Both the position numbers and the translations under genes were made by a program. The notes beneath the pieces were generated by a model. The model had not been told where the DNA came from. It searched no databases and was given only the letters and a program-made list of their open reading frames with translations. DNA of 62,983 bases, the filler included, from Reclinomonas americana ATCC 50394 (Eukaryota): assembly GCA_048213135.1 (NCBI GenBank). It is 7 parts of 2 records of this genome, joined end to end, with 100 filler letters (N's around TTAATTAATTAA, not from the genome) between each part and the next. Parts side by side here need not be neighbours in the genome. Positions count along the whole stretch, not along the records: positions 1 to 14,968 come from PS015028.1; positions 15,069 to 31,689 come from PS015028.1; 5 more parts are not named here. One strand, given 5' to 3'. Below, piece after piece: positions 14,001 to 26,900 of this stretch (position 1 is its first letter; the number at the start of each line of letters is the position of its first letter).

Positions 14001-14968
14001 TGTCCAAGCAGCCTGCTGGGCCCCGCTCTCGCCCTCACTCTGTTACATTGCATGCAGTCAATGTCACGCCAACTGCACCGACCCTGTCATCAACGACATA
14101 CATTCCGCCACTTGCTGTGGGTGACGATGTTGGCACGCTGTCATCGAGTGACCCCAACACTGGCCAGACGCTGACGTTTACGATCATTGGCGGTGCCGAC
14201 CAAGGGCTGTTTTCGATCAATGGCAATATCTTGGAATCACACGTTGCTGCTCTCACGGGTAACAGCCTTGAAGTGATTGTGCAAGTGAGTGACGGAGCTG
14301 GAGGAGTGAATAGCACAACATTCAGCATCAGCGAGGGTAAGTGTGTATCTGTGGATACGACTGCCAGCACTATTTACTGACTCCCGTGTCGTGCAGCGAA
14401 TGTGAATCCGACGGTGCCCACCTTGTCTACATCCACATACATTCCGCCCTTGGCGCTGAATGGCGTCGTGGGTATGCTGTCGTCGACCGATGTGAATACT
14501 GGTCAGGTACTCTCGTACACTGTTGTGGGTGGTGCGAATCAAGCGTCGTTCAACATCAGCGGCTCGAGTCTGCGGTCGAATGTCGCTGGTCTGACGGGCA
14601 ACGCGCTGCAAGTGATTGTGCAAGTCAGCGATGGTGCTGGTGGTGTGACAACTGCAACATTTGTCATCGACGAAGGTGTGTTTGTCTCTGAAGTCATCAA
14701 CCGTTGTGTGGCTGATGTACTCACTGCATCTACCTCCCAATCAGCCAATGTGATGCCGTCAATTCCAACGTTGTCATCCAGTGTGTATGCGCCACCGCTG
14801 GCGACCAACGGCGTCATTGGCACTCTTGCATCGTCGGACCCGAACACTGGCCAGACGTTGACATACTCGATTGTTGGCGGCACGCATCAGTCATCCTTCA
14901 ACATCAGTGGAACGGATTTGCGCTCCAGTGTGGGTGGGCTGACGGGCAACAACCTGCAAGTGATTGTG
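2057..14968 (+). repeat. Tandem exon+intron array, ~340-350 bp period, about 37 near-identical units visible
   Basis: Near-identical 92/93-codon exons alternate with diverged ~60-80 nt introns. The count includes partial units at gaps and on the inverted contig. Confidence 0.92.
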
Positions 14969-17900
14969 NNNNNNNNNNNNNNNNNNNNNNNNNNNNNNNN
15001 NNNNNNNNNNNNTTAATTAATTAANNNNNNNNNNNNNNNNNNNNNNNNNNNNNNNNNNNNNNNNNNNNCTCCTCGACCACCTACACGCCACCGACCTCAA
15101 CCGCGAATACAGTGATTGGCACGCTCTCCACAACCGACACATCTGCCTCTTCACCCTACACGTACGCCGTGGTGGGCGGAACCGATGCTGCTGTGTTCTC
15201 GGTCATTGGGGATCAACTGGTAATTCGAGCTGCGGGACAGCGAGGTACCGGTCTGCAAGTGCAGGTGCTGTCAACCAATGCCAGTGGACAAACGCTGGCC
15301 AAGTTCTTTACCATCAACGACGGTTTGAGTGACGATGTTTGGTGTTTGACGAAAGTATCGATGCTCACTCTCTCGGTCGCTTGCAGTACCCGTGGCCCCA
15401 ACCGACGTTCTTTTATCCTCCTTGACCTACGCACCGCCCACACCCGCTGCCAATACGGTGGTGGGCACACTCACTGGAGTCGACGGCAATGCGAACGACG
15501 CACTGTCACTGTCGATTGTCGGTGGTGCGAATAGTGCTCTCTTCGACATTGTCGGCTCGCAGTTGGTACTCCGCAACGCAGGCCAGCAGGGCAACAATCT
15601 GCAAGTCACAGTCCAAGTCAGTGATCCGTCCGGCGCGCACTTTGACAAGACGTTTGTCGTCAACGAAGGTGCGTGCATGTGCTTCTCTGCCTTCTTGTGT
15701 CTGTGTCGCTCATCGAGTCTGTCGCTAGCCAATGTGCCTCCATCCGCACTGGCACTCTCCACCACCACGTACTCGCCGGTACCCGCACCCGTTGGCACCG
15801 TCGTTGCCACGCTCTCGACCACGTGCGTTTGCACTCACGATTGCAACTGGTCTATCTGGGGTGTGTAAGATTCTCACTCTGCACGCCACCACAGGGACGC
15901 AAACTGCTGTCAGAGCATGACCTACTCGATTGTTGGTGGCGCTGCTGCGTCTCGATTCAGTATCTCTGGAAACCAACTGGTGGTCGACAGCAGTGGCGGC
16001 CCGCTCACCGGCAACAGTCTGAGCATTGTTGTGCGTGTCGATGACGGTGCAGGCGGTGTTCGAGACCAGACATTTGTGCTGGACGAGGCCAATGTGGCAC
16101 CCACGGCGGTGACCTTGTCGTCAATGACATACACACCGCCGTCACCGTTGGGCACGGTCGTTGGCACGCTGGCGGCTGTGGATGCCAATTGCTGTCAATC
16201 GTTCACCTATTCCATGTGCGTTCACCGTTGAGCTGGCGCGTCCTGCTTTATCGTTCTCTTCCAAAGTCTTCTTTGTCAGTGTTGGTGGACCTGATGCCAG
16301 CAAATTCTCCGTGTCGGGAGACCAACTGGTGGTCGCAGCTGCCACTCTCAACACGTCGCCTCTCACTGTGATTGTGCACGCCGACGACGGTGCTGGTGGC
16401 TCTGTCGACCAGACACTGACCATCACTGAAGGTTTGTGTGGCCGGCGGTGGATCTGCACATCTGCTGCGCGTGTGGTTCACTTCTTGTTGCGCAGCTAAT
16501 GTGCCACCGAGTGATCTTCTCTTGTCGCCATCCACGTACGTGCCGCCAGCGGCACAGGGATCAGTTATTGGCTCTCTGTTCGTGATCGATGCCAACTGTT
16601 GTCAGTCACACACCTATTCCATGTTGCGCAAGACCAGCGGTGGTTTCTTTGCTGCTTACCTTCTCGTGTGCCTGCCTGCTGATCCCCTCTATCATGCAGT
16701 GTTGGAGGCGCAAACCAGGGTCTGTTTGCGGTCTCCGGCACCGACTTGCTTGCCAATGTTCCCGGTGGCTTGTCGGGCACTGGATTGCTGGTCACCATTC
16801 GTGTCTCCGATGGATTCTCCTCGTTGGACCGCACATTTACTGTCAACGAAGGTGTGTGTGTGTGTGCTGCGGAAATGACCGACGAGCTCGTATATTGCAA
16901 AGTATGCCTTACTGACTGATGGGTGACTTGTCGACTGCAGTCAACGTGGCACCAAGCGACATTATTTTGTGGGGCACAACGTACACTCCGCCGACCTCGA
17001 GCGCGAATGTCGTGGTGGGCTTCTTCACCTCGTTGGACATCAACACTGGTGACACATTCACCTATTGTTGCGTCGCGCATGGATTGCAAGTGTGCGGGGA
17101 TTACCGCCTCTGATTTGAGACTGATATGATCGTGATATTGTCAATGTCAATGCAGCAATCTCTGGCGGCCCGCACTCTGCCATGTTCAACATCAACGGCA
17201 CACAACTACGACTGAGCGCCGCAAACTCTCGTGGCGATCCACTGCAGGTCGAAGTGCAGTCGACCGACGCGGCCGGTGCCTGGGTCCGCAAGCTGTTTAC
17301 CATCACTGAAGGTCTCGGATCTCTATCGATCATGCCTGTTGTATGTCATCTCACTCGTCCGTACGCACAGTGAACGTGCCGCCATCGGCATTGGTGTTGA
17401 GCTCCAATACCTATGTGCCGCCAACTCTCACCGCCGGAGTGGTGGTGGGCTCGCTCACTACCGTCGACGCCAACACGCTGGGCTCATACACGTACACGGT
17501 TGTCGCCGGCTTCAACGAGTCGCTGTTTGTGCTCAGCGGGTCGACGCTGTCGCTGGCACTGGCCGGGCAGACTGGCAACAACCTGCGTATCCGCATTGAA
17601 GTATCCGATGGTCGTGGTGGAACTCTGCAGACAACATTTACGTGCGTGTGCTGTCGCGGAGATTTGTGGTTCTCATTTTGATTCTTGCATCTAACTTTTG
17701 TTTCTCAACGTGCGTCTCCGTGTCTCTCTCTCTCCGCGTACAGCATCAACGAAGGTACCGTTAATTGCACGTGATTCTACGCGTCTACTGTCCACTGATT
17801 GTATTTGTTCTGCAGCCAACGTGCCACCAGCAAACCTGGCGCTGTCGACAACGTTCTACGCTCCACGTAGTTTGCAGAATGCTTTGATTGGAGTGCTGTC

Positions 17901-20900
17901 GGCCACCGACGCTAACTGCTGTCAGAGTCTGTCGTACACTCTCATTGGCAATGACGACGACTCCAAGTTCTACGTTGCGCTCTGTCTGTCATTCGCTGTG
18001 TTGGTGTCGCACGACTCTAGATCTGATTGTGTGCTATGCGCAGATTGGTGGTGTTGCTGGTAATGAGCTGCGCGTGCAGACTCTGGTGCTGAGCGGCATG
18101 GTGTGTATTCACGCGGCTGCAAGAGAGTGTGTGACCCTTGCTCACGTGGATTTTTGCAGAACCTCGTCATCACTGTTCGCGTGAGTGACGGCAACGGCGG
18201 CTCACAAGACACCACTTTCTTCCTCAACGAAGGTGCGATGTGCTGCTCCCCGCCATCCTTGCGTACCTGTTGCTCACGTTGTTGTTGCAGTCAACGTGGC
18301 ACCGTCGAGCATCTCGTTGTCACCGGCGACGTACACACCACCTTCGGCAGCTGCCAATACCGTGGTTGGCACACTGTCCGCTGTCGACGCCAACTGCTGT
18401 CAGACGGTGACGTACACGATCCTGGCGGGTGGCTCCGGTTCCCTCTTCAACATTAGTGGCGACCAACTGCGAATTACGTCGGCGGGACTCACTGGCACGA
18501 ATCTCTCCGTCACGGTGCGAGCTACGGATTCAGCGTCAGCCTCCGTCGACCACGTGTTTGTCATCACGGATGTGCCTGTGCCACCGACCGGCGTGCTGTT
18601 GAGCTCGACCTCGTATGTGCCGCCGACGGTGGTGCCAAATCAAGTAATTGGCACCTTGTCCGCCATCGACCCCAATGTGCTCGACACGGCATTCACATTC
18701 AGCGTGGTGACTGGCGGCGGCATCTTTGGTGTTGTCGGAGGCAATCAGTTGGTGTGGCTCTCAACTGGCTCCACTGGTACCAATGTGCCAGTCACTGTGC
18801 GAGTGACCGACGCCACTGGCCTCTCCACCACGCAGTCATTTGTCATTACCGAAGGTCAGTGACATTCAAGAGATGAAGAAGAACATCTTGTGTGTCTCAT
18901 CTTTATGCTGTGCGTGTTTGCGCAGTGAACGTGCCGCCAACCGGTGTCACCATTACGTCTCCCGGCGTTGCACCGCTGTCTCCTGCCGGCACCGTTGTCG
19001 GCACATTGACAGGCGTGGATGCAAACTGCTGCGACGTATTCACCTATTACATGTTGCGACATTGTGCTCGACGACATTTCTTCGGTGCAAGTTCACATCA
19101 CTCACTCGCTCGTGCCTACCCACAGAGTCGGTGGCGCCGATGCGGCCTTGTTCGCTGTTGTTGGATCGCAGATCCGCACCGCTGTGCCGAACTTGAGTGG
19201 ACGCAACCTGCAGGTGATTGTGCGAACAGATGATGGCCGTGGTGGAACAGTGGATACGACGCTGTCTCTCGGTGATGGTGCGCTGGAGTTGATCGTGTCC
19301 CTTGTACGGAGAGTGACGCGATACTGACACAGACAGAACCTTCGTCACTCGTCCGCAGCCAATGTTGCTCCTTCCGGCATCTCTCTCTCGTCGAACACAT
19401 ACACGCCGGCCANNNNNNNNNNNNNNNNNNNNNNNNNNNNNNNNNNNNNNNNNNNNNNNNNNNNNNNNNNNNNNNNNNNNNNNNNNNNNNNNNNNNNNNN
19501 NNNNNNNNNNNNNNNNNNNNNNNNNNNNNNNNNNNNNNNNNNNNNNNNNNNNNNNNNNNNNNNNNNNNNNNNNNNNNNNNNNNNNNNNNNNNNNNNNNNN
19601 NNNNNNNNNNNNNNNNNNNNNNNNNNNNNNNNNNNNNNNNNNNNNNNNNNNNNNNNNNNNNNNNNNNNNNNNNNNNNNNNNNNNNNNNNNNNNNNNNNNN
19701 NNNNNNNNNNNNNNNNNNNNNNNNNNNNNNNNNNNNNNNNNNNNNNNNNNNNNNNNNNNNNNNNNNNNNNNNNNNNNNNNNNNNNNNNNNNNNNNNNNNN
19801 NNNNNNNNNNNNNNNNNNNNNNNNNNNNNNNNNNNNNNNNNNNNNNNNNNNNNNNNNNNNNNNNNNNNNNNNNNNNNNNNNNNNNNNNNNNNNNNNNNNN
19901 NNNNNNNNNNNNNNNNNNNNNNNNNNNNNNNNNNNNNNNNNNNNNNNNNNNNNNNNNNNNNNNNNNNNNNNNNNNNNNNNNNNNNNNNNNNNNNNNNNNN
20001 NNNNNNNNNNNNNNNNNNNNNNNNNNNNNNNNNNNNNNNNNNNNNNNNNNNNNNNNNNNNNNNNNNNNNNNNNNNNNNNNNNNNNNNNNNNNNNNNNNNN
20101 NNNNNNNNNNNNNNNNNNNNNNNNNNNNNNNNNNNNNNNNNNNNNNNNNNNNNNNNNNNNNNNNNNNNNNNNNNNNNNNNNNNNNNNNNNNNNNNNNNNN
20201 NNNNNNNNNNNNNNNCAATGGCGGTGGGTGGCACGGGCACTGCACAAAAAGTAGCTATAGTGAGGGAGTGGGAGAGCAAGGTGGTGACAACAGGCGAGTA
20301 CCGACGCAACAGTCGTTGATGACAAAATTGCGGTCGGAGAAGCCGCCAACCGAGTCCGTCGCTCGAATCTGTGGCGCCACAAAAAATGTCAGTCACAAAG
20401 ACGCAATGCTGCAACCACACTCTGGCTCTTCTTCGTCAAATTACCGTGACAGTCAAGGCAGTGCCGCGCTGACCAGCCGCCACAAAGGCCAACTGGGGCG
20501 GAATCGTGGCCAGCACGGTGAAGAGGGCGCCGGAGCCGCCAGGTCGCACGGTAAATGACACAGTTTGGCCGGTGTTTACATCCACCGCACTGAGAATGCC
20601 AATGGGCTGCAGGGCGCTGGTGGCCGGTGGAGTGTAGGTGTTGTTGCTGAGCGAGATGGACGTCGGTGGCACGTTGGCTGGTGGTGGAGGACGTGTGAGT
20701 GTATCGATTCAGGAGACAGGCTGGGTGGTACAGACCTTCGTTGATTGTGAAGGTGGACGTGATGGAAAGGCCACCCGAGTCGGTTGAACGCACTTGCACC
20801 AAAAGGCCATTACCGGTGAGTCCCGCGGTGGCCACCAACAGGCGATCGTTGCTGATGCTGAAGGCCAGCTGATTGGCACCGCCCACAATCGAGTACGTAA

Positions 20901-23900
20901 ATGTCTCTCCAGTGTTGCTGTCGGTGGTCGTCAGCTGGCCAACAGTTGTACCGACCACGCCAGGCGGCGTGTACAGTTGTGGTGAGAGCGCAAGTGCCGT
21001 TGGTGGCACATTGACTGGCCATGGTGCGAGAAACTTGATGAGAAACAATCATCAACAAACAGCAAGCCGTGACCACCGACCTTCGTTGAACGTCAGCGTC
21101 TGCACCGCGCTCCGGCCAGTGTTGTCCGTCACCTGCACACAACAGTCAGCAAGCACAAAGGCAGTGCACTTGGACACCGACAATCCTGTGAACTCACCTG
21201 CACAACCACTTGCAGTCCATTGCCTGTCTGACCCGCAGAGCGGAGAACCAACTGGTTCCCTTGCACATCGAACAAGGCAGCCGAAGTGCCACCCACAATG
21301 GAGAACGTGAACANNNNNNNNNNNNNNNNNNNNNNNNNNNNNNNNNNNNNNNNNNNNNNNNNNNNNNNNNNNNNNNNNNNNNNNNNNNNNNNNNNNNNNN
21401 NNNNNNNNNNNNNNNNNNNNNNNNNNNNNNNNNNNNNNNNNNNNNNNNNNNNNNNNNNNNNNNNNNNNNNNNNNNNNNNNNNNNNNNNNNNNNNNNNNNN
21501 NNNNNNNNNNNNNNNNNNNNNNNNNNNNNNNNNNNNNNNNNNNNNNNNNNNNNNNNNNNNNNNNNNNNNNNNNNNNNNNNNNNNNNNNNNNNNNNNNNNN
21601 NNNNNNNNNNNNNNNNNNNNNNNNNNNNNNNNNNNNNNNNNNNNNNNNNNNNNNNNNNNNNNNNNNNNNNNNNNNNNNNNNNNNNNNNNNNNNNNNNNNN
21701 NNNNNNNNNNNNNNNNNNNNNNNNNNNNNNNNNNNNNNNNNNNNNNNNNNNNNNNNNNNNNNNNNNNNNNNNNNNNNNNNNNNNNNNNNNNNNNNNNNNN
21801 NNNNNNNNNNNNNNNNNNNNNNNNNNNNNNNNNNNNNNNNNNNNNNNNNNNNNNNNNNNNNNNNNNNNNNNNNNNNNNNNNNNNNNNNNNNNNNNNNNTA
21901 AGTGCTACCGCGCGGAGATTGGGAAACAAACAAACTCGCGTACGAAACTGTTGAACACAGCGCCCTGCAAGCCCGGCTGAATCGTGTACGTCCACGACTG
22001 GCAGCAATTGGCGTCCACTGTCGATAACGTGCCCACCACCGTATTCACCGCCGGCGTCGGAGGAGCAAATGTGTTGGGCGTCAACGTGGTAGACTGCGGT
22101 GGCACATTGGCTGCCGACACAAAAAACGAGTAAGCACAACGCCATGTGTCGCAAATCACGCAAGCAGATGAGGTCAAACCTTCGTCGATAGTGAATGTGC
22201 GAGTCAGCGTATTACCGGCGCTGTCGGTCACCTGCAATTTGACAGTCAGCAAGGAAACACCAATCTTTCCCACGAGAGAGGCTGCTCCACAAACCTTGAC
22301 AGTGACCTGCAATCCATTGCCACCTTGGCCGGCGTTTCGCAGCATGAGAGCGCCTGCCGGCGACACGTCGAAGAGATTCGACTGACCACCAGGCACAATC
22401 GACCACGTAAATGTGTCAGCCGTGTTGTCGTCGACCGCGCTGAGGATGCCGACCACAGTGTTGGCGACGGCTGTCGGTGGTGTGTACGTCAATGAAGACA
22501 GCGNNNNNNNNNNNNNNNNNNNNNNNNNNNNNNNNNNNNNNNNNNNNNNNNNNNNNNNNNNNNNNNNNNNNNNNNNNNNNNNNNNNNNNNNNNNNNNNNN
22601 NNNNNNNNNNNNNNNNNNNNNNNNNNNNNNNNNNNNNNNNNNNNNNNNNNNNNNNNNNNNNNNNNNNNNNNNNNNNNNNNNNNNNNNNNNNNNNNNNNNN
22701 NNNNNNNNNNNNNNNNNNNNNNNNNNNNNNNNNNNNNNNNNNNNNNNNNNNNNNNNNNNNNNNNNNNNNNNNNNNNNNNNNNNNNNNNNNNNNNNNNNNN
22801 NNNNNNNNNNNNNNNNNNNNNNNNNNNNNNNNNNNNNNNNNNNNNNNNNNNNNNNNNNNNNNNNNNNNNNNNNNNNNNNNNNNNNNNNNNNNNNNNNNNN
22901 NNNNNNNNNNNNNNNNNNNNNNNNNNNNNNNNNNNNNNNNNNNNNNNNNNNNNNNNNNNNNNNNNNNNNNNNNNNNNNNNNNNNNNNNNNNNNNNNNNNN
23001 NNNNNNNNNNNNNNNNNNNNNNNNNNNNNNNNNNNNNNNNNNNNNNNNNNNNNNNNNNNNNNNNNNNNNNNNNNNNNNNNNNNNNNNNNNNNNNNNNNNN
23101 NNNNNNNNNNNNNNNNNNNNNNNNNNNNNNNNNNNNNNNNNNNNNNNNNNNNNNNNNNNNNNNNNNNNNNNNNNNCCCATGAGGCCCTGTGTCGCAGTCT
23201 TTGGCAATCAGCTCCGCATTTCGTCAGCTGGTGTGAAAGGCTACGGAATGCAGCTGGTAGTGCGCACCACTGACAGCGCTGGTGGCATTCTGGATTCGAC
23301 ACTGACGGTTACCGAACGTGCGTCACTCGATCATGACGTGCGTGTCGTGTTGCTGTGGCAACAACTCACATCGTGTATATTCTATTCTCCATAGAAAACG
23401 TGCCACCCAACATTCTCTCTCTGTCGTCCTCCACGTACACGCCGGCTACGGTGACGACGAACACCGTCATCGGTGCACTCTCTGTAGTTGATGCCAACTC
23501 TTCGCCTCCGGAGGCGCATGTGTTTTCGATTGTCGGCGGGTCGTCTTCAACGCTGTTCAACGTTCTCGGTGCCAATCTGGTGCTGGTGAACGCCGGCCAG
23601 GTTGGCACCAACTTGCATGTCATTGTGGTGCGTTGGTTGTTCTTTGGAGGGGATTATGTGGTCGTGCATGATGGCAATGGACTGACTGCATGGAAACAGC
23701 GCGTCACGGATACACTCGGCCCGGCATCACTCGACAAGGAGTTTGTCGTCACTGATGGTGCGTAGCGCGGTCTCCATCCTCTGTTATATCTCCTTTATTC
23801 CTCACCGCGTCATCACTAGTCCCGGTGCCGCCACGGGCCGTTCTGATGTCGTCGTACTCCTACACACCTGCGTCTGCCACTCCCAACACACCCGTCGGCA

Positions 23901-26900
23901 ATCTCACGGTGCTTGACGACAACGTGACCGATATTGCCACATTCTCGCTGGTCGGTGGCGCCAATATGAATCTCTTCGCGATCGTCGGTTCCACGTTGGT
24001 AGTGCGCAACGCTGGTCAGGTGGGAAACAACTTGAGCGTGATTGTTCGCGCCACCGACAGCGCCGGCCTGTTCCGAGACGAAGTTTTCACCATTAGCGAA
24101 AGTTGCGTCTTTTCGTTTGTTCTTGCTTTGCAGTCTTGTTGCTCTCCCCTGTCTCGTCACCTCCACCTCTTTCCTATTCTCTCTGATTCCCTCGTGACTC
24201 TTACTCGCTGTCCTTACTTCTTCGCTGCTCTGACACCCAATGCATGCAGGTAACTCGCCTCCCACAAATATTGGACTCAGCAAGCAGTACTATGTGGCAC
24301 CTACCTTGACCAACAATTTCGTGCTCGGTACACTCTCAGCAGTCGATGCCAACTCGCAAGATTCTTTCGTGTACTCCATCGTGCCTGGCCAGGGCGATGC
24401 ACTGTTCAACATCAACAATGCTGCCGTGCCACCTGAGCTGCGCATCACGGCAGGAGGACAAACGGCCTCCAATCTTGTGGTCACCATTCGGGTCACCGAC
24501 AGCGGTGGCGCTTCGTTCCAGAAGACGTTTGTGATTGCCGCTAGTTTCGTTCTCATTCTCTTCTTCTCGTGCGAGTCGCCGTATGCTGTCAGCGCTAACG
24601 ACTGCCTTTGATTGCCTGCCACCTCCTCGCAGTCGCTGCTACTGGATTTTCACCATCCACGGCGGCCACTGACACATTGTCGAGTGGCTTCACTGTTGTT
24701 GGCATGAATCTGGCAAGCACCCAGTTCTTCCAGCTGCAGTCTGCCAGCACGGCTCCCTGCAATGGCTCCGGCATTCCGCTCACCTCGACCACCGTGGTCT
24801 CGCAGGCAGCATCGTTGCCTCTGGGTGTATCCCCCGGCCCCATTCCGACCGGCAGCTGTTGCGTTTGCCATCTACTGAGTGCTGTGTAGCGTGCGTGTGT
24901 GTCTCACATCGAGTACAGACATCGTGTGTTTCTCGGTGGACGGTGTCTCGCCGTACACTCAAGTGGGTACGACCAGCTTGTCAATCGGTGCGTAGTAGCA
25001 TATGAGTCTTGTGTTGGTCTTGGCAGTCCTGTTGATTTCTTGCACAGTGCGCGCGGCTGCACTGATTCCCAATGCCGTTGTTGCTGACGAATCAGCGAAG
25101 CGCATCACCGTTCAAGGTAATGGGTTGAACAAGGCGCGCGATGTGTTCAAGTTAGTGCTGCGGTCGACGACATGTGCCAGCGGTGCTGCTGTTGGCACAA
25201 TCACTGGTGAGGAAGTGACCACATTTTGCACGTTTTCTGCTGATGCGTTGCTCATTCGCGCTGTGCAGTGGATCCTGTTGGACCAACCGACACGTCCCTT
25301 GAGTTGCTGGTCACGGTGCCTGTGCCAGCCGACCTGGTAAACGGCACATTCCTGCGCATGTGTATCCAGGTCAATGTCGGCACGCCATTTGTTGAGTTCA
25401 CGCCAGTGGCGAGCAACGGCGATGTCACCGCAGGTACGACAAAAAGTTGATCCCTTCCCGAGTGTGTTTATGTGCTGAAATTCCTTACGATCATTCTCGC
25501 AGTGGTGATCTCGTCGATTGTCCCCAATGTTCTTTCTATCGGCACATCGCCACTCTCTGTGCAGCTGGTTGGCGCACAGCTCGACGCCGCCGATCAGTAC
25601 GTGGTGGCTCTTCCGTCGACTACATGCACCGTGCCTGCTGGTAGCAGTCCGGCTGCCGCCATCACTACTTCAGTCGTCGCTGCGCCACCCTCCTCAGCCA
25701 CGCTGACGCTGGCACTCCCGCTGACGGCCGGGGTGTATAAGTTGCGTTAAAGAGGGGAGATGTACAAGGACAGGTCAATGTGCATAGTCCACTCATGCAC
25801 TGTCATGTTGCGCGCAGGGTGTGCATCAAACCGGGTGGAAGTGCCAGTGCGCAGTTTGGTGATGCTGCACCTAGCCAGCAGCTGATCCTCGGTCTGCATT
25901 GTTGACATGTCATGCCGCCTTTTATCACTCGTTTGTTGACTTCTTCTCCCTTTCTCTTCCTCAGTGTCGACGGGTGCTGTGTCGCCAATATTGATGGTCA
26001 CTGACAGTTTATCAAAGACACTCGTCGTCCCGGGTCTGTTCCTGAACGCCTCGCGCGATTCGTTTGCCTTGGTGGCAGCCGATTCGTCGTGCTCGAGCGC
26101 ATCGACAGTCTCCGTCGGCTCTGTCACAGTGGATGCGGCCACCAGTTCGTCCACCCAACTCGTGCTGCGGGCAGCTGTGTCCTCGTCGACAACTCCATCT
26201 CCCGGTGCACCAGCGGCTTTGCAGCTGTGCATACGCAACTCGGCAGCTGCCAATCCCGCATTTGCGTGGACACCAGTCGGCGCGGCTGCTGGTGCAGGAC
26301 TGAATGTCATTGCTTTGGGTATGTCACACATTCGACTCGTGCGCTGGATGAGAATGTCTGAGCGTTGCACGATTCGCAGCTCGGCCAACAGCGCTAACTC
26401 CCGTGGCGATTCCTCGCCTGCTTACCGTTCCTGCCACGTTCTCGCTCTCGTCCGTCAGCGTCACCATCAGTGGCATCAACTTGACGGTGGGTACGGATGT
26501 GGCGGTGGTTCCGTGGAACGTGGACTGCAGTCCGACTGCTCCGCTGGTGCCCTCCATGCTCAACGCTGTGGCCACGACACTGGATGCGAGCGGTGTGCCC
26601 TCGACATTGGTGGTGACAGTCACGATTCCCGTAACTGCCACAGCGCAGTCGTACCACGTATGTATGCGACCGGCCAGCGCCGATCCCGCAGTGCAGTGGG
26701 GTGCAGTGGCGGACAACACTGCGTTGCAGCTGGGTGAGGCGATTCATGCGGTAGTTGAGTATTGCGGAGTGTTGTGTTCTCACCACGCCCTTGCTCACAG
26801 TGTCGGTGGACAATTTACCGTCCCACCGTGTCAACCGTGACAACGAGTGGTACACACTGACAGTGATGGGTGTCAACTTGAATGCCGACCGAGAGCGCTT

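Noticed and set aside
2057-14968. CRISPR-like or diversity-cassette array (conserved repeats with variable spacers)
   Set aside because: The repeats are 276-279 nt coding exons and the spacers are GT-AG introns. No cas, recombinase or RT gene is associated.
8766-22503. Biological inversions (shufflon-like switching) of repeat blocks
   Set aside because: Every strand switch coincides with an N gap, no recombination sites or recombinase are visible, and similar flips occur elsewhere (52709-53153). Scaffolding error is simpler.
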